NCBI GenBank assembly: GCA_965249725.1
Contig: CBDFMQ010000002.1
Location: 864,001 to 928,000, forward strand
From: Longimicrobiales bacterium
GTDB taxonomy: Bacteria; Gemmatimonadota; Gemmatimonadetes; Longimicrobiales; Gaopeijiaceae
Reading direction: 5' to 3'
DNA: 64,000 bases
In this document: piece by piece, positions 59,688 through 64,000 of the stretch
Layout: each line of letters opens with the position of its first letter
Position numbering within the stretch: the first letter of the stretch is position 1
Position numbers and translations under genes: made by a program
The notes under the pieces: model-generated
What the model was told of the DNA's origin: nothing
The model's database searches: none
The model's input: the letters and a program-made list of their open reading frames with translations, nothing else

Positions 59688-61447
59688 GGGGACGTCCTGT
59701 TGGTGATCGTCCCTCCGCTGTGGCCATCAGCGCCGAACAGGTCACGGAACGGTCCGGGCCGGTCCAGGAGCTCCCCTGGAGGTCCCTCCGCGACGATCCG
59801 CGCTCCGTCGATCACGACGACCCGGTCGGCCCGTCCGGCCAGCTCGAGGCGATGGGTGATCAGCACCGTCGTCCGATTCCGCATGACGGCCTCGTAACCC
59901 TCGATGACCTGCCCCTGCGCCACGGGATCCAGGGACGCGGTCGCTTCGTCCAACACCAGGACCGCAGGGTCGGCGAGGAGCGCTCGCGCCACGGCGATGC
60001 GCTGGCGTTCTCCAGCGGAAATGGCCAGTCCGCGGTCCCCGACGTTGGTTTGGAGCCCATCCGGCAGCCGAGCGAGGAACTCCGACAGGCCCGCCGCTTC
60101 GGCGGCCAAGGCGATCTCGCCGTCGGCGGCGTCGGGGCGCGCGTACCCGATGTTCTCGGCGATCGTGGTGTTGAACACGAAGGGCTGTTGATCGACCGTG
60201 ACTACGCATCTTCGGATCTCGGCCAGCGACAGGTCCCGTAGGTCATGACCGTCGAGCAGGACGCGCCCGGAGTCCGGGTCCAGGTGTCGAGCCAGAAGGT
60301 CGGAGACGGTGGACTTGCCGCCCCCACTCGGACCCACGATGGCGAGAATCTCTCCCTGGCCGACTTCGAAGGAGATGTCCTCCAACACAGGGCCGCCCCG
60401 ATCGAACGAGAACGTGACCCCCTCGAACGACACGTCGCCCCTGGCATGGGCAAGCGCTGTCGGTGAGTCGGTCTCCACGACCTCGGGAGCCACGTCCAGG
60501 ATCTCGTGCACTCGGCGCAGGGACACCTTGGCCGTCGCAAAGTTGGTCCACAGGCCCATGAGCCCCTGGACCGGCGTGAGCAGTCTCATCTGGTACGCCA
60601 TGAACGCCACGAACGTACCCAGCGAGATCGCCCCGCTGATCACCCGCGATCCTCCGTAGAGGAAGACCACCGCCGTGCCCGCCGAGAGAATTAGACCGGG
60701 CAGCCCACCTGCCATATACGTGAGCCACCGCATGGACATGAGCGAATCGACAAACGAGTCGTTCTTGCCGCTGAAGCGGTTCACTTCCCGTCCCTGGGCA
60801 TTCGAAGACACCACCAGTTTCATGCCCTGGAGCGTCTCGATGAGGAACGTTCCAATGTCGGCGCTGCGTTGGCGAAGCTCCGCCACGCTCACCTCGAGCT
60901 GACGGCGAAACCGCACGAGTGCCCACAAGCTGGGCGGCATCATGATCAGGCTCACCACGAAGAGGCGGGCGTCGAGCCAGACCAGCATCACGACCGTTCC
61001 GAGCAGGAAGATCACGTTGCCCAACCATGCGAGAGCCGTCTCCGAAGCCACGCGCTGGATCTCACTGATATCGCTGTTGATGCGCGATACGATCTCGCCG
61101 AGCGTGGTGCTGGCATAGAAGCGCGGGGACAACCTCTGGAGGTGGCGGTAGAGCTCCAGCCTCATGTCGAAGAGGATGTCGGCCGAGACCCGCGTGTAGC
61201 GTAGGCCGCTGGCCACGTTCATGACGAACGAAACCGCTGTGATGCCGACGAAGAGGCCCGTGATGCGCCCAAGGGCACCCATATCGCGCCCGAGCAACGC
61301 AGAATCGACCAGGAGCTTGGACAGATAGGGAATGAACAGCGAGAGGACCGTACCCGTGAGGCTCAACGCCAGGACGAGCACGAGGCGACTCCAATAAGGA
61401 GCGACGTACGCCAGGACGCGTCTCAGGTCAGAACGATCCTGTTCCAT
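59684..61447 (-). CDS. qhpF: Fused ABC exporter (QhpF-like)
   Basis: TM domain plus GPSGGGKS, ISAGERQ, VLDE and THR motifs; qhp context. Confidence 0.8.
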   Translation of the reverse strand: MEQDRSDLRRVLAYVAPYWSRLVLVLALSLTGTVLSLFIPYLSKLLVDSALLGRDMGALGRITGLFVGITAVSFVMNVASGLRYTRVSADILFDMRLELYRHLQRLSPRFYASTTLGEIVSRINSDISEIQRVASETALAWLGNVIFLLGTVVMLVWLDARLFVVSLIMMPPSLWALVRFRRQLEVSVAELRQRSADIGTFLIETLQGMKLVVSSNAQGREVNRFSGKNDSFVDSLMSMRWLTYMAGGLPGLILSAGTAVVFLYGGSRVISGAISLGTFVAFMAYQMRLLTPVQGLMGLWTNFATAKVSLRRVHEILDVAPEVVETDSPTALAHARGDVSFEGVTFSFDRGGPVLEDISFEVGQGEILAIVGPSGGGKSTVSDLLARHLDPDSGRVLLDGHDLRDLSLAEIRRCVVTVDQQPFVFNTTIAENIGYARPDAADGEIALAAEAAGLSEFLARLPDGLQTNVGDRGLAISAGERQRIAVARALLADPAVLVLDEATASLDPVAQGQVIEGYEAVMRNRTTVLITHRLELAGRADRVVVIDGARIVAEGPPGELLDRPGPFRDLFGADGHSGGTITNRTSP

Positions 61448-61501
61448 CTGCGGGTCCCGGATCAGACCCTCATCGACTCGAGGGTGCCGGAAGTGACCCT
61501 C

Positions 61502-62629
61502 CTACGGACCGTCGGTCCCGGGCAGGAAGACCCAGCCCCTCATGTCTCCGCCCACATCGACCGTCTTCAGGAGCTCGTAGGTCTCCGAGTCGTAGACGTC
61601 GATGGTGTTGCCGGCGACATGGACGTAGAGGTACTTGCCGTTGGAACTCACCGCGAGGCCCATCCGGGAACGCCCGGCGAATGGCTGACGGTGGGTGACC
61701 CTTCCCTCTTCCAGGTCGATGGCCCAGAACTCGTAGTGGCCCACCTCGGCATAGAGGGCCCACGCCTTCTTGCCGCCCGGAGCCATCGCGAAGCGTCCGA
61801 CCGGTTGGTTGGGGCCGAGGGTGTAGAAGTCCATCTCGCGATCGGCCAGGTTCACCCGCGCGATGCCCATCATCCGTCGGTGGTTGATGGGGTCGGTCAT
61901 CCGAACCAGCCCTGTGAAGAACCCGGGCTCCTCGTAGTAGCTCGATCCGAAGCTCGGCCTCACGTTACCCAGCCCGGGCTCGAAATCCTCGCTGATCGCC
62001 CAGCGATCCACCTCCGTGAAGTTCTCGGTCTCGAGGACGATCATGTCCTCGGCCTGGAAATAGGCGAGGCTTCCGTCCGGAGAGAAGCGGAACGTCGCCC
62101 GAGAGCGCTCGTGTCCGCCGGGCCACGGGATCGTGTCCATCACCTCGTGGTTCTCGAGGTCGTAGCGGATGATCACGTTGGAGTGGATCTCGTACCGGTC
62201 CAACTGCTTGACCCGGCTGGACCCGGTGATCAGGGCGTAGGTCTCCTGAGGATTGACGGCGAATCCTCCGCGGATCCGGAACCGTCGGTCCCCGTCGTTC
62301 AACGTGAACTTGTCGATGGACTCGCGAGTGGCCAGATCGATGATCTCGACGTGTTCGTACGTGGCATCGGTGACGTAGATGCGCTCACGATCATCGGAGA
62401 CGACGAGGCGGCCGACGATGCCGTTCTGGGTCGGAATCGTGTCCACGAGCTCGAGCGTCCGCTCGTCGACCACGTGAATACGGGGTGCGTAGGTACCGGT
62501 GTAGAAGACCCCGGTGCCTCCCGAGATCGCATCGCCCGACTGCTGCCCCGCAAGTGCAGCCGGCACCGTGGCGCTGAGTAGAAGGGCGAGGCAGCCGCCG
62601 ACCAACGTGATCTCGATCCGTCTGATCAT
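61502..62629 (-). CDS. qhpB: Quinohemoprotein amine dehydrogenase beta-subunit-like beta-propeller
   Basis: Signal peptide; YVTN-like repeats (FSPDG, SSNGKYLY); immediately downstream of qhpC. Confidence 0.75.
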   Translation of the reverse strand: MIRRIEITLVGGCLALLLSATVPAALAGQQSGDAISGGTGVFYTGTYAPRIHVVDERTLELVDTIPTQNGIVGRLVVSDDRERIYVTDATYEHVEIIDLATRESIDKFTLNDGDRRFRIRGGFAVNPQETYALITGSSRVKQLDRYEIHSNVIIRYDLENHEVMDTIPWPGGHERSRATFRFSPDGSLAYFQAEDMIVLETENFTEVDRWAISEDFEPGLGNVRPSFGSSYYEEPGFFTGLVRMTDPINHRRMMGIARVNLADREMDFYTLGPNQPVGRFAMAPGGKKAWALYAEVGHYEFWAIDLEEGRVTHRQPFAGRSRMGLAVSSNGKYLYVHVAGNTIDVYDSETYELLKTVDVGGDMRGWVFLPGTDGP

Positions 62630-62701
62630 TCTCGATTCCTCTTTATCCGTTACTGCCAACGACATGCGCTTCCGCCCAACACATCCGTTACCGCCCACGA
62701 C

Positions 62702-63061
62702 CTAGGGGAAAATCAGGTCGAGCTTCCGCCAGTCTTGCTGCGCCGTGGCACATTTCGACGTCCAGTCCGGCGCATGATTGAGATGGTCCGGAACCTGGAC
62801 CGGCCAGAAGCAGCCGTTGTAGCAGTCGAAGAGGTCACGTTCCACCGGCTGACAAAGACCGGCCGTGCCACCACTGGAGTCCACTTCCCAGCCCGGCGCG
62901 AAGACGAGCGAGCACCCGAGCGGAATGTGAGGCCCCGTCGGCGACCGGCTCTCGAGAGCGACAACGTCGTGATCGCCATTGGCGGCCACGGCTTCACGCT
63001 CCCGACGGGTGTGGTCCTCGATGCGTGATGCCTTCTGATTGATCGCCCTGATGTGTTTCAT
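62702..63061 (-). CDS. qhpC: Quinohemoprotein amine dehydrogenase gamma subunit precursor (CTQ)
   Basis: GC..F.PGWEVD, LCQP.E.DL..C...C.WP.QV.D and DWRKL; MKH..IN.KA leader. Confidence 0.95.
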   Translation of the reverse strand: MKHIRAINQKASRIEDHTRREREAVAANGDHDVVALESRSPTGPHIPLGCSLVFAPGWEVDSSGGTAGLCQPVERDLFDCYNGCFWPVQVPDHLNHAPDWTSKCATAQQDWRKLDLIFP

Positions 63062-63071
63062 ATGTCTCCCC

Positions 63072-64000
63072 TCAAGCGAGCACTGGAGCCGCTGTGTCGT
63101 ACTGCCTCAAGAAGTCCGGATTGTGGGTCGCGATCTCGCCGTAGACCCGCAAACATGTGTCGGTCCAACTGCGAACCCAATCGCAGTAGTGGAGATTCGG
63201 TGTCGCCGTGGTACCGTACCGGGTGTTGGCCTCATGGTAGCATCCGCCGGCGCACAGGGGCCTAGCCCAACATGTGTGACAATCCGTCTTGTGCGCAATG
63301 TGATGGGTCTCCAGGAATCGACCCTGGATCGCCCGGTCTATTCCCTCCTGTACCGAGCCGATTTTGTGGTCGTCGGAGCCGGCGAAACGATGGCACAGCG
63401 CCACGTCTCCGTCCGTCGCTACTCCCACCAAGCCCAGGCCCGCCCCACACGGGAACGCCTTGCTCATCCCCTTGTGGATCTCGGCCAGCGTTTCGTTCAG
63501 GTTGGAGAACCCGTGGTGGCGGTTCTCGAGGGCGGCCTCCTTGAACTCCTCGGCCAACTCCTCGAACTGTCCCAGCATGTCGTAGTACTCATCACCCTCG
63601 ATGGCGTAGTCCCGCCCGTCCGCCGTCGTCACAGGCGCGAATCCCACGGACCAGAACCCCATCTCGTCCGTCAGATGCCGGAAGATCTCCATGACCTTCA
63701 GGTTCTGCTTGGTCAGCGTCACCCGTGCACCGATAGGACGTGTCTTATGCTGCTTGAGCAGCTCCTTGATCTTGGGCAGCACCAAATCGTAGCTGCCCAT
63801 GCCGTTGTTGAAGACGCGGAACTGGTCCTGTGATTCCTTGGGTCCGTCGATGGAAATCGTGACGCCCACTTCGTTGTCGGCGAGCCACTCGATGACCTCG
63901 GGCCGAAGCAGCGTGGCGTTGGTGGTCAGGCTGAACTGGACGCCCTTCCCCAGGACCAACGCCCTCTCGTTGGCATAGGCGAGTGTCTTCTTCAGTACCT
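63072..64000 (-). CDS. qhpD: Radical SAM/SPASM maturase QhpD, 5'-partial
   Basis: Frame open to the window edge; SLTTNATLL and ISIDG; SPASM CGAG...CHRF...CHTCWARPLCAGGCYHE; upstream of qhpC. Confidence 0.92.
   Translation of the reverse strand, partial: VLKKTLAYANERALVLGKGVQFSLTTNATLLRPEVIEWLADNEVGVTISIDGPKESQDQFRVFNNGMGSYDLVLPKIKELLKQHKTRPIGARVTLTKQNLKVMEIFRHLTDEMGFWSVGFAPVTTADGRDYAIEGDEYYDMLGQFEELAEEFKEAALENRHHGFSNLNETLAEIHKGMSKAFPCGAGLGLVGVATDGDVALCHRFAGSDDHKIGSVQEGIDRAIQGRFLETHHIAHKTDCHTCWARPLCAGGCYHEANTRYGTTATPNLHYCDWVRSWTDTCLRVYGEIATHNPDFLRQYDTAAPVLA

Overview
High-GC bacterial chromosome segment. Gene order and protein content suggest Gemmatimonadota, which is an inference. Positions 1-50.8 kb are almost all + strand housekeeping genes: nuoG-N, a phosphomannomutase, UPF0182, sucCD, ndk, yceD-rpmF-plsX-fabHDG-acpP-fabF, ispF, xerD and nadE, then a ~19-kb run of kdsB-pyrG-kdsA-kdsC-kdsD-lptC-lptA-like-lptB-rpoN that continues straight into a glycosyltransferase/GT-C/acyltransferase envelope-modification locus. 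A near-canonical dif site lies at 50787-50814, and gene orientation flips to mostly - strand beyond it, so the window probably spans the replication terminus. The right end carries a quinohemoprotein amine dehydrogenase cluster (qhpD partial, qhpC, qhpB, qhpF, qhpE). Its QhpC has a fifth Cys spaced like a known thioether ring. Other notable items: an in-frame TGA in an S41 protease, a 120-bp palindromic element between nuoL and nuoM, a sigma54-type site directly behind the sigma70 promoter of the rpoN-containing run, and many short tandem duplications, several G-quadruplex-like. No rRNA, tRNA, CRISPR array or transposase was recognised. All product calls come from motif recognition by eye, not database searches.
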